A stretch of 64,000 nt of DNA. It comes from Desulfobacterales bacterium (GTDB lineage: Bacteria; Desulfobacterota; Desulfobacteria; Desulfobacterales; UBA5852). The stretch is taken from assembly GCA_963674755.2 (NCBI GenBank), contig CAXXVS010000001.1, forward strand, positions 544,001 through 608,000, given 5' to 3'. The translations under genes were made by a program, and so were the position numbers. This document shows, piece by piece, positions 1-10,947 of the stretch. Positions within the stretch are counted from its first letter, which is position 1. Each line of letters starts with the position of its first letter. The notes beneath the pieces are model-generated. The model made no database searches and had not been told where the DNA came from. It saw nothing but the letters and a program-made list of their open reading frames with translations.

Positions 1-982
1 CATTGTTGGCCGCCTGGCCGAAGGTCTTGGCCGGTCCCGGAGTGAGGCGGTCCATATAAAGGATGCTGGCCATATGAAAGGTGCCGTAGGAAAAGGCGTG
101 CAGGACCTGGGAGGCCAAAATCAGCAGGGGCGTTTGAAAGATCGCCAGCAGCAGCCAGCGCAGAGCGGCCAGAAAGAAGGAGGCCTGCAGGACCGCCTCC
201 AGACTGGCCCACTGGAAGAGGCGCCGGGAGTTGAGCATGACCAGGATTTCGGCCAGTACCGCCACGGCCCAGGCCACACCGATGAAAGTCGGCGAACGTC
301 CGAGATTTTCCAGATGAATGGAGAAAAAGCCGTAGTAGGTGCCGTGGCTGACCAACATCAGGAAGCCGCAGCCGAGAAAAACAAGTACGTTGGGCCAATC
401 GATACGGACACGGCCTGGCCCGGTATGGGGTTTTAGTGCGGCGGGGCCGGCCGGCAGGGCGGTTGCCAGGAGCGTTTGCAGCAGGGAACCGGCCAAAATC
501 ATGGGAACGATCACCCCGATGCCGTAGCGGTCGATCAGGGGGCCTAAAACCGTGACGATGAGAATGAAGCTGAGCGACCCCCAGACACGGATACGCCCGT
601 AGGCCTTTTTATCTTCTCCCAGAAGGTCCATGGCGTAAGCTTCCAGGAAAGCGATCAGGGGCGCATAGAAGATGCCGTTTCCAATGGTAATGAGCAGCAT
701 GGGCCCAAAGGCGGTTGTCGTCAGGTAGCCGGCCCAGGCCGCACAGGCCGCGGCATTGCAGAGCAGATAGATGAATTTGCGTTTGCGGAAGCGGTCCGCC
801 AGAGCGCCCCATACGAACGGGAACAGGACCAGGGTTGCCGAGCGAAGGCCCGCCAGATAACCGATCTGGGCTCCGCTGAATCCCAAATGATAGCAGTAGA
901 GGTTGAAATAGGGCAGATACAGTCCTAGGATACCGAAGTAGACGAAATACTGGGCCCTCAGGATGATCCTGGACGAAGGCAT
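1..982 (-). CDS. MFS transporter (partial, runs off the window start)
   Basis: Manual minus-strand translation from ATG at 982: MPSSRIILRAQYFVYFGILGLYLPYFNLYCYHLGFSGAQIGY..., hydrophobic, with MFS-like WGALADR motif; not in the ORF track because it has no stop in the window. Confidence 0.85.
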   Translation of the reverse strand, partial: MPSSRIILRAQYFVYFGILGLYLPYFNLYCYHLGFSGAQIGYLAGLRSATLVLFPFVWGALADRFRKRKFIYLLCNAAACAAWAGYLTTTAFGPMLLITIGNGIFYAPLIAFLEAYAMDLLGEDKKAYGRIRVWGSLSFILIVTVLGPLIDRYGIGVIVPMILAGSLLQTLLATALPAGPAALKPHTGPGRVRIDWPNVLVFLGCGFLMLVSHGTYYGFFSIHLENLGRSPTFIGVAWAVAVLAEILVMLNSRRLFQWASLEAVLQASFFLAALRWLLLAIFQTPLLILASQVLHAFSYGTFHMASILYMDRLTPGPAKTFGQAANN

Positions 983-1125
983 GGCGATGTCCGCTCTGAC
1001 CCGTAGCGACGGTGACGGCGGCGGGGATGCCGCTTTACAAAAAAAAACCGAAATGGTACCTTGCCGACACTGCTAGGCTGACTGATTTATAATAATATAA
1101 TTGTCTTAGCAACCGGGAGCCGGCT

Positions 1126-1572
1126 ATGGAATACATCAAAATTCGATTCGGCAAAGATTGGGGTAAACTGGAGTCGGGTTTCGAACGCACCCTCGACACC
1201 ATCTTCCGCTCCGTCAATCCGATGTTTGCCGACTGCGACCAACCCTGGACCCCCCAGATGGATGTCTACGAAACCCACGAGGAATTCTTTATCACGGCTG
1301 AAATTGCCGGTGTGGACAAGGAGGATCTGGGCGTCGAAATCAACAATAAGGCCGTCAAGATCAGCGGACGGCGCGTACCCCAGCCGCGTGCGGCGGACGC
1401 CTCCTTTCGGCTGGCGGAAATTCAATACGGGGATTTCGAACGGGTGCTGTACATGCCGACCGCCATCGATCCCGAGGTCGTTTCCGCAACGTATAATAAC
1501 GGATTTCTCCAGCTTCGCCTGGCCAAAGCATTGTCCCCAAAAGCCCGTAGGATTCCCATCGCCGAAGACTAA
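1126..1572 (+). CDS. Hsp20/alpha-crystallin small heat shock protein
   Basis: WTPQMDVYET...AEIAGV...EIQYGDFER...ATYNNGFLQL alpha-crystallin motifs; directly upstream of lon. Confidence 0.93.
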   Translation: MEYIKIRFGKDWGKLESGFERTLDTIFRSVNPMFADCDQPWTPQMDVYETHEEFFITAEIAGVDKEDLGVEINNKAVKISGRRVPQPRAADASFRLAEIQYGDFERVLYMPTAIDPEVVSATYNNGFLQLRLAKALSPKARRIPIAED

Positions 1573-1637
1573 CCATCCTTTTGATATTGACGGGACACGT
1601 CACTGTGCAATCGATTGACCGCCCTGGGAGGTAAAAA

Positions 1638-4040
1638 ATGACACAACACCGGTCGCCGGAGGATCTTACTGCCGAGAAGCTTCCTGAGCGTCTGCCCATT
1701 CTACCCCTGCATGAGACCGCCCTCTATCCCAAAATGGTCCTGCCCCTGGTGGTCATGCAGGCGGATTCCATCAAACTGGTGGACGAAGCCATGCAGAAGG
1801 ACCGCATCATCGGCATGCTGGTAGCCAAGGCCGATGCGCCGGCCGCAGGCGACCAGGCAGCCCAGGAGACGACTGCCGAAACCGCGGCGGAAGAATCCGC
1901 CTTCGACCCCCGGGAACATCTTTCCAGCATCGGCACCAGTGCCATGATCATGAAAATGGCCAAGACCCAGGACAATCAGACCCAGATGCTGGTCCAGGGC
2001 ATCAGCCGTTTCAGGATCAAGGATTTCGTACAGGAAAAGCCCTATCTCATTGCAACGGTGGAGCATCTCAAGGAGGAGAAGGCCGAAGGCAAGGAAATCG
2101 AAGCGCTGATGACCAACCTGGTCAATACCTTCGGTCGGGTCGTCGAGCTTTCCCCGGGCATGCCGGCAGAGATTGCGACCATGGCCAAGTCCATCCAGGA
2201 ACCGGGCACCTTGGCCAATATGGTGGCCTCCACCCTGAACGTGGATGCCCAGAGCAAACAGGCCGTCCTGGAGCTCGACGATGTCAAAAAACGCCTGCGG
2301 GCCGTCATGCGGATGGTGAACGAGCAGTTGGAGATCCTGGAACTGGGCAACAAGATCCAGTCCCAGGTCAAGGGCGACATGGAGAAAAGCCAGCGGGAGT
2401 ACTATCTGCGGCAGCAGCTCAAGGCCATCAAAGAAGAACTGGGCGAGACCGACGACAGCAATGTGGAACTGGAAGAATTCCGTACCAAGATCATGGAGGG
2501 CGACCTGCCGGAGGAGGCCCGCAAGGAGGCCGAGCGGGAGCTCGACCGCCTGGCCAAGATGCATCCCTCTTCGGCGGAATACACGGTGGCCACCACCTAT
2601 CTGGATTGGGTAACCTCCCTGCCCTGGCATCAGAGCACCGAAGACAATCTGGACATCAAGGCCGCCCGGGCGATTCTGGACGAAGACCATTTCGGGCTGG
2701 AAAAGGCCAAGCGGCGCATCGTCGAACACCTGGCGGTGCGCAAACTCAACCCCGACACCAAGGGCCCGATCCTGTGTTTCGTGGGGCCGCCCGGTACGGG
2801 CAAGACGTCCCTGGGGCGTTCGGTGGCGCGCGCCATGGGGCGCAAGTTCTGGCGGATCTCCCTGGGCGGGGTGCGCGACGAAGCCGAAATCCGGGGCCAT
2901 CGGCGTACCTATGTGGGGGCCATGCCCGGGCGCATCATCCAGGCCATCCGCCGTTGCGAGTCCAACAATCCCGTGTTCATGCTGGATGAAATCGACAAGC
3001 TGGGCAACGACTTCCGGGGTGATCCCTCCTCGGCCCTGCTGGAAGTCCTGGATCCCGAGCAGAACTTCAGTTTTTCCGATCATTATCTGGATGTGCCTTT
3101 CGATCTGTCGCATGTTATGTTTATTACGACGGCCAACGTCCTCGATACCATTCCTGCGCCGCTGCTCGACCGCATGGAAGTGCTGGAAATGGTGGGCTAT
3201 ACCCTCGAGGAAAAAGTCAAGATTGCCAACCGCTACCTGATTCCACGCCAGCGGGAGGCCCACGGCCTCAAGGCGCGCCAGATCAAGATCTCCACCGGCG
3301 CCGTGAAACGGATTATCGCGGGTTATACCCGGGAAGCCGGTCTGCGCAACCTGGAACGGGAGATCGCCTCCATCTGCCGCGGCGTGGCCGCCAAGGTGGC
3401 CCAGGGCGATGCGGAGGCCGTCTCCGTCGGGATGGACGAGGTCGCCGAATATCTGGGGCCGATCAAGATCACTTCGGAAGCCAAAGCGCGCACGGCCACC
3501 CCGGGCGTTGCCATAGGACTGGCCTGGACGCCCACCGGCGGCGAAGTTTTGTTCATCGAAGCCACCGCCATGAAGGGGCAAAAGGGGTTGACCCTTACCG
3601 GGCAGCTGGGGGACGTGATGAAGGAATCGGCCACCGCGGCCTTAAGCTTTATCCGCTCCCACGCCAAGGAGCTCAAGATCGACGAGGATTTCTTCAGCAG
3701 CCACGACATCCATATTCATGTGCCGGCCGGGGCGATCCCCAAAGACGGACCCTCAGCGGGGGTTACCATGCTGACGGCCCTGGTATCCCTGATGACGAAC
3801 CGGCGGATCAAAAAGGACCTGGCCATGACCGGTGAAATCACCTTGCGGGGCCAGGTGCTTCCTGTGGGCGGGATCAAAGAGAAGGTTCTGGGGGCCCACC
3901 GGGTGGGCATCAAGATTTTGATTCTGCCGGCGGCCAATGAAAAGGACTTGATCGACGTGCCGGAAAAGGTACGCATGGCCATAGAGTTTCACTTCGTCTC
4001 CAAGATGAAGGATGTGCTCCGTATTGCCCTCGGCACCTGA
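1638..4040 (+). CDS. lon: ATP-dependent Lon protease
   Basis: LON N-domain, Walker A GPPGTGKT, Walker B LDEID, catalytic PKDGPSAG and GGIKEK; RBS GGAGG. Confidence 0.98.
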   Translation: MTQHRSPEDLTAEKLPERLPILPLHETALYPKMVLPLVVMQADSIKLVDEAMQKDRIIGMLVAKADAPAAGDQAAQETTAETAAEESAFDPREHLSSIGTSAMIMKMAKTQDNQTQMLVQGISRFRIKDFVQEKPYLIATVEHLKEEKAEGKEIEALMTNLVNTFGRVVELSPGMPAEIATMAKSIQEPGTLANMVASTLNVDAQSKQAVLELDDVKKRLRAVMRMVNEQLEILELGNKIQSQVKGDMEKSQREYYLRQQLKAIKEELGETDDSNVELEEFRTKIMEGDLPEEARKEAERELDRLAKMHPSSAEYTVATTYLDWVTSLPWHQSTEDNLDIKAARAILDEDHFGLEKAKRRIVEHLAVRKLNPDTKGPILCFVGPPGTGKTSLGRSVARAMGRKFWRISLGGVRDEAEIRGHRRTYVGAMPGRIIQAIRRCESNNPVFMLDEIDKLGNDFRGDPSSALLEVLDPEQNFSFSDHYLDVPFDLSHVMFITTANVLDTIPAPLLDRMEVLEMVGYTLEEKVKIANRYLIPRQREAHGLKARQIKISTGAVKRIIAGYTREAGLRNLEREIASICRGVAAKVAQGDAEAVSVGMDEVAEYLGPIKITSEAKARTATPGVAIGLAWTPTGGEVLFIEATAMKGQKGLTLTGQLGDVMKESATAALSFIRSHAKELKIDEDFFSSHDIHIHVPAGAIPKDGPSAGVTMLTALVSLMTNRRIKKDLAMTGEITLRGQVLPVGGIKEKVLGAHRVGIKILILPAANEKDLIDVPEKVRMAIEFHFVSKMKDVLRIALGT

Positions 4041-4058
4041 GGGAGGCACCCTCGTTTT

Positions 4059-4892
4059 ATGTCCAGGTTATCAATGAAAAGCATGCCGCGACGTTCAAGC
4101 AGGCCCACGCGGCGGCGCCCCCATCGCCTGGCGTGGCGGTCCGTCGGCCGATGGGCCGTGGTTCTGGGGGGATTGTGCCTGCTGGTGCATGGCTGCCAGT
4201 CGGTTTCGACATCAAGGCCGTCCCCCAGCACGCCCAGCGCCCCGCCAGGCTACCCCAAACCTTACCGGGTGGACGGGCAATGGTATCAGCCCCTCCCGGA
4301 TGCCGCCGGCTTCCGCCAGCAGGGAACGGCCTCCTGGTACGGCCGCCAATTTCATGGCCGCCGGACCTCAAATGGCGAAGTATACAACATGTACGGCGTT
4401 TCGGCCGCCCACAAAACCCTGCCCTTCGGCACCGTGGTGCGGGTGCACAATCTGCGCAACAACCAGCAGCTGGATGTGCGCATCAACGACCGCGGTCCCT
4501 TCGTGAAAAATCGCATTATCGACCTGTCCTACGGGGCCGCCCAAAAACTGGGCGTGGTGGGCCCCGGAACGGCGCCGGTGGAAATCGTGGTCCTGGCGGC
4601 TCCGGCCCGCAGCGTGCAAGAACCTGACGGACAGGAGCACCTGGTACCGGTGGACCTTACCCACGGCAATTTTACGTTCCAGGTGGGTGCTTTCCAGGAC
4701 CGCAACAATGCCGAACGCCTGGCCGCCAAACTGTCCCGCACCTACCACCATGTCCACGTGGCCTCCTTCGATCGGGGAGACGGCCTCTTCCACCGCGTGC
4801 GGGTAGGCCGGGCCACCACCCTGCAAGAAGCCGATGACTACGAGCAGGCCCTCATCCGCCAGGGCTTCGACGTCTTCATCGTGGCGGAGTGA
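4059..4892 (+). CDS. rlpA: Septal ring lytic transglycosylase RlpA family lipoprotein with SPOR domain
   Basis: ASWYG, AAHKTLP, RINDRGPF, IIDLS motifs; C-terminal QVGAF SPOR domain; lipobox-like LVHGC; exact start uncertain. Confidence 0.92.
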   Translation: MSRLSMKSMPRRSSRPTRRRPHRLAWRSVGRWAVVLGGLCLLVHGCQSVSTSRPSPSTPSAPPGYPKPYRVDGQWYQPLPDAAGFRQQGTASWYGRQFHGRRTSNGEVYNMYGVSAAHKTLPFGTVVRVHNLRNNQQLDVRINDRGPFVKNRIIDLSYGAAQKLGVVGPGTAPVEIVVLAAPARSVQEPDGQEHLVPVDLTHGNFTFQVGAFQDRNNAERLAAKLSRTYHHVHVASFDRGDGLFHRVRVGRATTLQEADDYEQALIRQGFDVFIVAE

Positions 4893-4893
4893 C

Positions 4894-5457
4894 ATGGCCC
4901 CCGGTGCCATCGGAAAAACGGTTTTTCTGGATCGGGACGGCGTCGTCAACCGCGATTCGGCGGATTATATCACCTCCTGGGCTCAATTCGATTTTCTGCC
5001 GGGCAGCCTGGCGGCCATCGCCCGCCTCACCCGGGCCGGCCAGAGCGTCATCGTGATCACCAATCAGTCGGCCGTGGGACGCGGCATGCTGGACCTGCCC
5101 ACCCTGGAGGCCATGCACCGGAACCTGCGGGCGGCCGTCGCGGCACACGGCGGGCGGATCGCGGAGATTTTTTACTGCCCCCATCACCCCGAGGACGGCT
5201 GCCACTGCCGCAAACCCGAACCCGGCCTCATTTTCCAAGCCCAGCGCCAATTCGGGCTGGACTTGGGCTTGGCGACCATGATCGGCGACCGTGCCAAGGA
5301 TATCCAGTGCGGCCTCAACGCCGGCTGCGGCCGGACGATCCTGGTCCAATCGGGCCTGCACGACGACAGCCCGCAGCTGCAGAGGTCGGGTCTGGCGCCC
5401 AATCACGTCGCGGCCGACCTGGCAGCCGCCGTCGACTGGCTGCTGGCCCGGCCGTGA
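4894..5457 (+). CDS. gmhB: D-glycero-D-manno-heptose 1,7-bisphosphate phosphatase (HAD)
   Basis: FLDRDGVVN, TNQS, CPHHP..CHCRKP, MIGD motifs; ATG 1 nt after the rlpA stop. Confidence 0.92.
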   Translation: MAPGAIGKTVFLDRDGVVNRDSADYITSWAQFDFLPGSLAAIARLTRAGQSVIVITNQSAVGRGMLDLPTLEAMHRNLRAAVAAHGGRIAEIFYCPHHPEDGCHCRKPEPGLIFQAQRQFGLDLGLATMIGDRAKDIQCGLNAGCGRTILVQSGLHDDSPQLQRSGLAPNHVAADLAAAVDWLLARP

Positions 5458-5462
5458 CGCGT

Positions 5463-7700
5463 ATGAACCATCTCCCGGCCGACAGCGATGCCCCCATGGC
5501 ATCCGCCCCTGACGAAGTGACCCTGCGGGGCCGTGTGGAGCACATCACCTTCCAGAACCCGGACACCCATTTCACCATCGCCCGTCTGCGGACCGATCCT
5601 GACGGCCACCGGGTGACGATCCTGGGCCATCTTCTGCTGTCCGGGCAGGGCGAGACCCTGGAGGTCAGCGGGCACTGGGAGCGGCATCCGCGCTTCGGCA
5701 CCCAGCTGAAGGTCGCCCGCTATCAGATCCTGCTACCGGATACCATTGACGGCATCCGGCGCTATCTGGCCTCGGGCGTCATTCCCGGAGTCGGCCCCAA
5801 GCTCGTGGAGCGTCTGGTGCGGCATTTCGGCGCGGACCTGCTGGCGGTGATCGAAACGCGCCCCCGGGAATTGACCCGGGTGCGGGGAGTCGGTCCCCAA
5901 ACCGCCGCACGGATCGAAGAGGGCTGGAACACCCACCACGCCGCACGCCTATTGATGCAGTTTTTGCAGGACAACGGCTTGAAGCCGGCCTATTGCGGAC
6001 GGATCCTCAAGGCGCTGGGCGAGGACGCCCTGACATTGTTGCAGGAAGACCCGTACAGCGTCGTGGACGAACTGCCGGGCATCGGCTTCATGGTGGCCGA
6101 TGCCATAGCGCGCAATCAGGGGTTGCCGGCCGAAGATCCGCGGCGCATCCGGGCCTGCATCGGTTATTTGCTGGAACAGGCCGCGGCCGAGGGACATGTC
6201 TTCCTTCCGGAAAGCCATCTGCTGGAACGCAGCCACGCGCTTTTCGAGATCGCTCCGGATGACCTGGCGGCCGTGCTGGACGCCATGGCGCGGGATCGCG
6301 CCCTCCACGTCAGCGATGGCGGGGATGACACCGGCCGCCGGCTTTACACCATGGCGCTCTATGAGGCCGAACGGGGCCTGGCCCGGCGCTTGAACGCGAT
6401 GTTAGCGTTGCCCCTGCCGGCGACCGAATTCGCACCCGATGTCATCGAGGCCACGGTCACCAGGCGCCTGGCCATTCATCCCTCGCCTGCCCAGCAGGCC
6501 GTCCTCCAAGGGGTTCTGGGTCACCGGGTGGCGGTGATGACCGGCGGACCGGGCACGGGCAAGACCACCTTGATCCGGTCCCTCTACACCCTTTACCACG
6601 CCCAGGGCCGTTCGGTCTGTCTGGCCGCCCCCACCGGGCGGGCCGCCCGCCGTCTGTCCGAGGTAACCCGGCGGCCGGCGGCCACGCTGCACAAGCTGTT
6701 GGGGTACAATCCCTCCGCCGGGGAATTTGAAAAGGATCAGGACGATCCCATCGATGCGGATGTCTTCATCGTGGATGAGGCCTCCATGGTGGATACCCTG
6801 CTGATGGCGCAGTTTCTCAAAGCCGTGCCCCTGACATCCGTCCTGATCCTGGTGGGGGATGTCTTCCAGTTGCCTTCGGTGGGACCGGGCAATGTTCTCC
6901 ATGATATCATCGCGTCCCAGCGGCCGGCGATCTACCATCTCAAGGAGATTTTTCGTCAGGCCGAGGAAAGCCCCATCATCCTAAACGCCCACCGGGTCCG
7001 CGACGGTCAACAGCCCGACCTGGAGGCCGGCCGCGAATTGGATATCCTGGCCCCCTTCCATTTTATCGAAGCCGCCCGCATGGAAACCGTGGTCCGGACC
7101 ATCGTCGAGCTTTGCGCCCACTGGATTCCGGACCAGTACGGGATGGATCCCATAGACGACATCCAGGTGCTGACCCCGGTGCACAAGGGGGAAGCGGGCA
7201 CCATCAATCTCAATCAGGTGCTCCAGAAACGCCTCAATCCTGACCGGCGGAAGAACGCCGTGGGATTTCACCCGGGGGACAAGGTTATGCACCTGCGCAA
7301 CAATTACGGCAAAGAGGTCTTCAACGGGGATATCGGCCGGATCACGGAGGTGGCGGCGGCCCGGGAGCGCCTGAGCGTGGATTTCGACGGGCGGGAGGTT
7401 TGCTACGATTTTTCCGAGTTGAGCGAGTTGACCCTGGCCTACGCCATATCGGTACATAAATCCCAGGGGTCGGAATATCCGGCCGTGGTCGTGCCGCTGC
7501 TCACCCAGCACTATGTGATGCTGCAACGCAACCTGCTTTACACGGCCATTACACGGGGGAAAAGGCTGGTGGTTATCGTGGGCCGCCGGCGGGCGCTGGA
7601 AATCGCTTTGCAGAACGATCGCCCCCGGCAGCGCCTGTCCTATCTGAGGCAGCGGCTGGCATCCGGTGGAAACCTCGACGGTGGCGGATTTCCGGTCTAG
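5463..7700 (+). CDS. recD2: ATP-dependent RecD2-like DNA helicase
   Basis: HhH GVGP motifs, TGGPGTGKT, APTGRAA, VDEASM, GDVFQLPSVG, HKSQGSE, YTAITR. Confidence 0.95.
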   Translation: MNHLPADSDAPMASAPDEVTLRGRVEHITFQNPDTHFTIARLRTDPDGHRVTILGHLLLSGQGETLEVSGHWERHPRFGTQLKVARYQILLPDTIDGIRRYLASGVIPGVGPKLVERLVRHFGADLLAVIETRPRELTRVRGVGPQTAARIEEGWNTHHAARLLMQFLQDNGLKPAYCGRILKALGEDALTLLQEDPYSVVDELPGIGFMVADAIARNQGLPAEDPRRIRACIGYLLEQAAAEGHVFLPESHLLERSHALFEIAPDDLAAVLDAMARDRALHVSDGGDDTGRRLYTMALYEAERGLARRLNAMLALPLPATEFAPDVIEATVTRRLAIHPSPAQQAVLQGVLGHRVAVMTGGPGTGKTTLIRSLYTLYHAQGRSVCLAAPTGRAARRLSEVTRRPAATLHKLLGYNPSAGEFEKDQDDPIDADVFIVDEASMVDTLLMAQFLKAVPLTSVLILVGDVFQLPSVGPGNVLHDIIASQRPAIYHLKEIFRQAEESPIILNAHRVRDGQQPDLEAGRELDILAPFHFIEAARMETVVRTIVELCAHWIPDQYGMDPIDDIQVLTPVHKGEAGTINLNQVLQKRLNPDRRKNAVGFHPGDKVMHLRNNYGKEVFNGDIGRITEVAAARERLSVDFDGREVCYDFSELSELTLAYAISVHKSQGSEYPAVVVPLLTQHYVMLQRNLLYTAITRGKRLVVIVGRRRALEIALQNDRPRQRLSYLRQRLASGGNLDGGGFPV

Positions 7701-8113
7701 TCCTCTTCGGGAGGGGGCGGGACGGGCAGCTTGACGAAATCGACGCCTTCTTCCCGCAGCGTTTTTTCTTCCTGTCGGGTACTGACACCCCGGATGTTGC
7801 GGGGTTCCGCGGCGCCATAATGGATTTTAAGGGCTTCCTTGGCAAAATCCGGGCCGACGTTGTCGAAATTTTTATCGACAAAATCATAGATTTGACGGCC
7901 CAGGGCCTTCAGGCCGGCCATGTCCGGAGCGGGGCTATGCGCGGCCGGACGCGATTTGATGGCGAAGGTCGAGGGCCGGCGGCACACGCCCGCGTCGTTG
8001 CAGACCGGGCAGGTCACAAGCCCCTTTTTCTTCTGCTTCTGGTAAGCCTTGGCATCTTCGAACCAGCCTTCGAAGGTGTGGCCATTGGGGCATATCAAGT
8101 CGTAAGCAATCAT
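7697..8113 (-). CDS. DUF1178 family protein
   Basis: MIAYDLICPNGHTFEGWF...CPVC...DNVGPDFAKEALKIHYG..RNIRG signature. Confidence 0.85.
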   Translation of the reverse strand: MIAYDLICPNGHTFEGWFEDAKAYQKQKKKGLVTCPVCNDAGVCRRPSTFAIKSRPAAHSPAPDMAGLKALGRQIYDFVDKNFDNVGPDFAKEALKIHYGAAEPRNIRGVSTRQEEKTLREEGVDFVKLPVPPPPEED

Positions 8114-8351
8114 GGCATCGGGGCCTTGGCGGTTTTCTTCATTGCGGTACAAACCGTGTACCACACTGCCCCGACGCCTATCACAGAGGGGAAAAAAATT
8201 AAAGTTATTATTGACATATGGGACATTTTCTAATCAATATAAGGAGATATTTGGATAAGGGAATATGCGGCCTTATCCGGTTTGAAAGACCAGCGGCCGC
8301 CATGGGCAGTGCAACGCTGGCAGGATTTGGCAACAAGGAGAATTTAGACGC

Positions 8352-8972
8352 ATGTTGAGAAGTCATCTTAAGCGGAACGCAGCACGCGCAAGTCGCCAGG
8401 GGATGCGAGGTCTTCTCCTCGGAATCGCGATCGTGTTGTTTCTTTCGGCAACGGTCGCCTGGGCGGAAACGGTTTATGTGGATGATAAACTGACGATCAC
8501 CTTCCGCAGCGGCCCCGGGATGGATCGCAAGATCATAGAGTACCTGACGACGGGCGACCATATGGAGTTGCTCCAAGATGGCGAGGAGTGGGCGCTCGTG
8601 CGGTTGCCGGACGGCCAAGAGGGCTGGGTCATGAAACAGTACATCACCAAGACCAAACCCAGCACGATGCAGGTTGCGGATCTGCAGCAAGCGAACAGCA
8701 ACCTTACCTCCCGGTCAGATGAATTGGCCAAGGAAAACGAAACCCTCAAGGCGACCAACCAGAAGGTGAACGCGGCCCTCGCGGAGAAGACCAAGGCCTT
8801 GGCCGACCTTACCACGGAGTTCAACGACCTCAAGCAATCATCGGATGCCAGCTCGTTTCAGATGCGCAAGTATCTGATTTTCTTTTTCAGCGGCGCCGGC
8901 ATCCTGTTTATCGGTATCCTGCTGGGTCTGGTCATGAAGCGCCAACGGCGTAAATCCATGTATATGATTTAG
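8352..8972 (+). CDS. SH3 domain protein (TIGR04211/YgiM-like), coiled coil and C-terminal TM
   Basis: Signal peptide, ETVYVDD..ITFRSGPG, EGWV SH3b motif, C-terminal TM followed by basic tail; start may be 8403. Confidence 0.85.
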   Translation: MLRSHLKRNAARASRQGMRGLLLGIAIVLFLSATVAWAETVYVDDKLTITFRSGPGMDRKIIEYLTTGDHMELLQDGEEWALVRLPDGQEGWVMKQYITKTKPSTMQVADLQQANSNLTSRSDELAKENETLKATNQKVNAALAEKTKALADLTTEFNDLKQSSDASSFQMRKYLIFFFSGAGILFIGILLGLVMKRQRRKSMYMI

Positions 8973-9082
8973 CATTCGGACGCGCCTGACCGCCTTTTCC
9001 GACGGCGGGACCGCTCCCTTCCAAGAGCGTGCGTTGCATCCGGTATACCACCCTATCCCCTGACTGACGGTCGTGACAGCTG

Positions 9083-10714
9083 ATGAAAGCACATGAATCC
9101 GATTTCCTGATTATCGGCAGTGGGGTTGCCGGTCTTCTGTTTGCCCTCGATACCGCCCAGGTCGGCCGGGTCGCTCTGGTCACCAAAAAAGAGGCCATGG
9201 AGAGCAATACCAACCATGCCCAGGGGGGGATCGCCGCCGTGCTCGACGGCAATGATTCCTTCGACCTCCACATCCAGGACACCCTGGCCTCGGGCGCCGG
9301 TCTTTGTCATTCCGAAGTGGTGCGCCTGGTGGTCGAGGAGGGGCCGGCGCGCATCAAGGAGCTGGTCCAGCTGGGGGTATCCTTCAGCCAGGGCACCAGC
9401 GCCCCGGCGGAAACCTTCGATCTGGGGCGTGAAGGGGGCCATTCCCGCAACCGGATCGTCCACACCCAGGACATGACGGGCCGGGAGGTGGAGCGGGCCC
9501 TGCTTGCGCAGGTCCGGGAGCACCCCAACATCGAGCTGTTCGAAAACCACATCGCTGTGGACCTCATTACCCACTCCACCCGCATGAAACGCGGCCTGGT
9601 GACCACGACCCACGAGGAACATTGCTGCGGGGCCTATGTGCTGGACCGGGAAGCCCACCAGGTGTGCCCCTTCGTGGCCCGCATCGTATTGCTGGCCACG
9701 GGCGGAGCCGGCAAGGTCTATCTTTACACCAGCAATCCCGACATCGCCACCGGGGACGGGCTGGCCATGGCCTACCGGGCTGGTGCCACCCTGGCCAACC
9801 TGGAATTCGTGCAGTTCCACCCCACCTGCCTCTACCACCCCGAGGCCAAGAATTTTCTGATTTCCGAAGCCGTGCGCGGGGAAGGGGCCCTGCTGATCGA
9901 TGCCCGCGGCAACCGCTTTATGGAGCACTACGATCCGGCCCGGGAGCTGGCCTGCCGGGATGTGGTGGCCCGGGCCATCGACACCGAGCTTAAAAAGAGC
10001 GGGGACGATGCGGTTTTTCTGGATATTTCCGGAAAAGAGGCCGATTTTATCCGGAAGCGGTTTCCCAACCTGTACGAAAATTGCCTGAATTTCGGCATCG
10101 ACATGACCCGGGATCCCATACCCGTGGTTCCGGCGGCCCACTATATGTGCGGCGGCGTGGTGACCGACACCGAAGGCCGCACGGACATCCGCCAGCTTTA
10201 CGCCGTGGGCGAGACCGCCTGCACCGGCCTGCACGGTGCCAACCGCCTGGCCAGCAATTCGCTGCTGGAGGCCTTGGTTTATGCCCGCCGGGCGGCCCGC
10301 CAGGCCATCCAGGAATTCCAGTCCGGTGCGCTTGCGGCCATGCCGGAGCCGCCCGGTTGGGATGAGGTGGGCACATCGGACAGCGACGAGCGGATCATGG
10401 TCTCCCAGAACTGGGATGAGATCCGCCGCTTCATGTGGAGCTATGTGGGCATCGTGCGCTCGGACAAGCGCCTGGAGCGCGCCCGGCGGCGCATCGAGAT
10501 GATCCAGCAGGAAATCCGCGACTACTACTGGAATTTCAAGGTGACCGCGGACCTCATCGAGCTGCGCAACATCGCCATGGTGGCCGAACTCATCATCCGC
10601 AGCGCCTCCCACCGCAAGGAAAGCCGCGGCCTGCACTACAACATCCTCTACCCCGAGCGCGACGACCAGCGCTGGCAAAAGGACACCATTTTGCGGCGGC
10701 CTATCGTGGGATAA
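9083..10714 (+). CDS. nadB: L-aspartate oxidase
   Basis: IIGSGVAG, AQGGIA, EGGHS, QFHPT, SEAVRGEG, HYMCGG, GLHGANRLASNSLLE, ESRGLHY. Confidence 0.97.
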   Translation: MKAHESDFLIIGSGVAGLLFALDTAQVGRVALVTKKEAMESNTNHAQGGIAAVLDGNDSFDLHIQDTLASGAGLCHSEVVRLVVEEGPARIKELVQLGVSFSQGTSAPAETFDLGREGGHSRNRIVHTQDMTGREVERALLAQVREHPNIELFENHIAVDLITHSTRMKRGLVTTTHEEHCCGAYVLDREAHQVCPFVARIVLLATGGAGKVYLYTSNPDIATGDGLAMAYRAGATLANLEFVQFHPTCLYHPEAKNFLISEAVRGEGALLIDARGNRFMEHYDPARELACRDVVARAIDTELKKSGDDAVFLDISGKEADFIRKRFPNLYENCLNFGIDMTRDPIPVVPAAHYMCGGVVTDTEGRTDIRQLYAVGETACTGLHGANRLASNSLLEALVYARRAARQAIQEFQSGALAAMPEPPGWDEVGTSDSDERIMVSQNWDEIRRFMWSYVGIVRSDKRLERARRRIEMIQQEIRDYYWNFKVTADLIELRNIAMVAELIIRSASHRKESRGLHYNILYPERDDQRWQKDTILRRPIVG

Positions 10715-10947
10715 TAACCACCCCCTGACTGTCGGTTAAAAAGCCCGTATGCTTTTGCGGGCAAAGTGGTTTATCGCATGCTTTTCCAATGCCGGACGAC
10801 GGCGCGCTCAATAGCGTTGATCGCAGGCATCGTGTGCCGGTGCCTTCTTTGCTATCGATATCGCAAATGGCGTTCACATTTTTTTTGCCCAGGGATAATT
10901 GCATAAAACCCTGCGGGCTGTGCAATCGGCGGGTGGCCAATCTGGTA

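Noticed and set aside
1040..1125. CIRCE or sigma32 element upstream of hsp20-lon
   Set aside because: Neither TTAGCACTC-N9-GAGTGCTAA nor a CTTGAA/CCCCAT pair is present
1701..3581. Long antisense ORFs (also 9053-10678, 15335-17284, 26387-28165, 31978-33513, 37727-39376 and others)
   Set aside because: Shadow frames of well-supported genes in high-GC DNA; no motifs of their own
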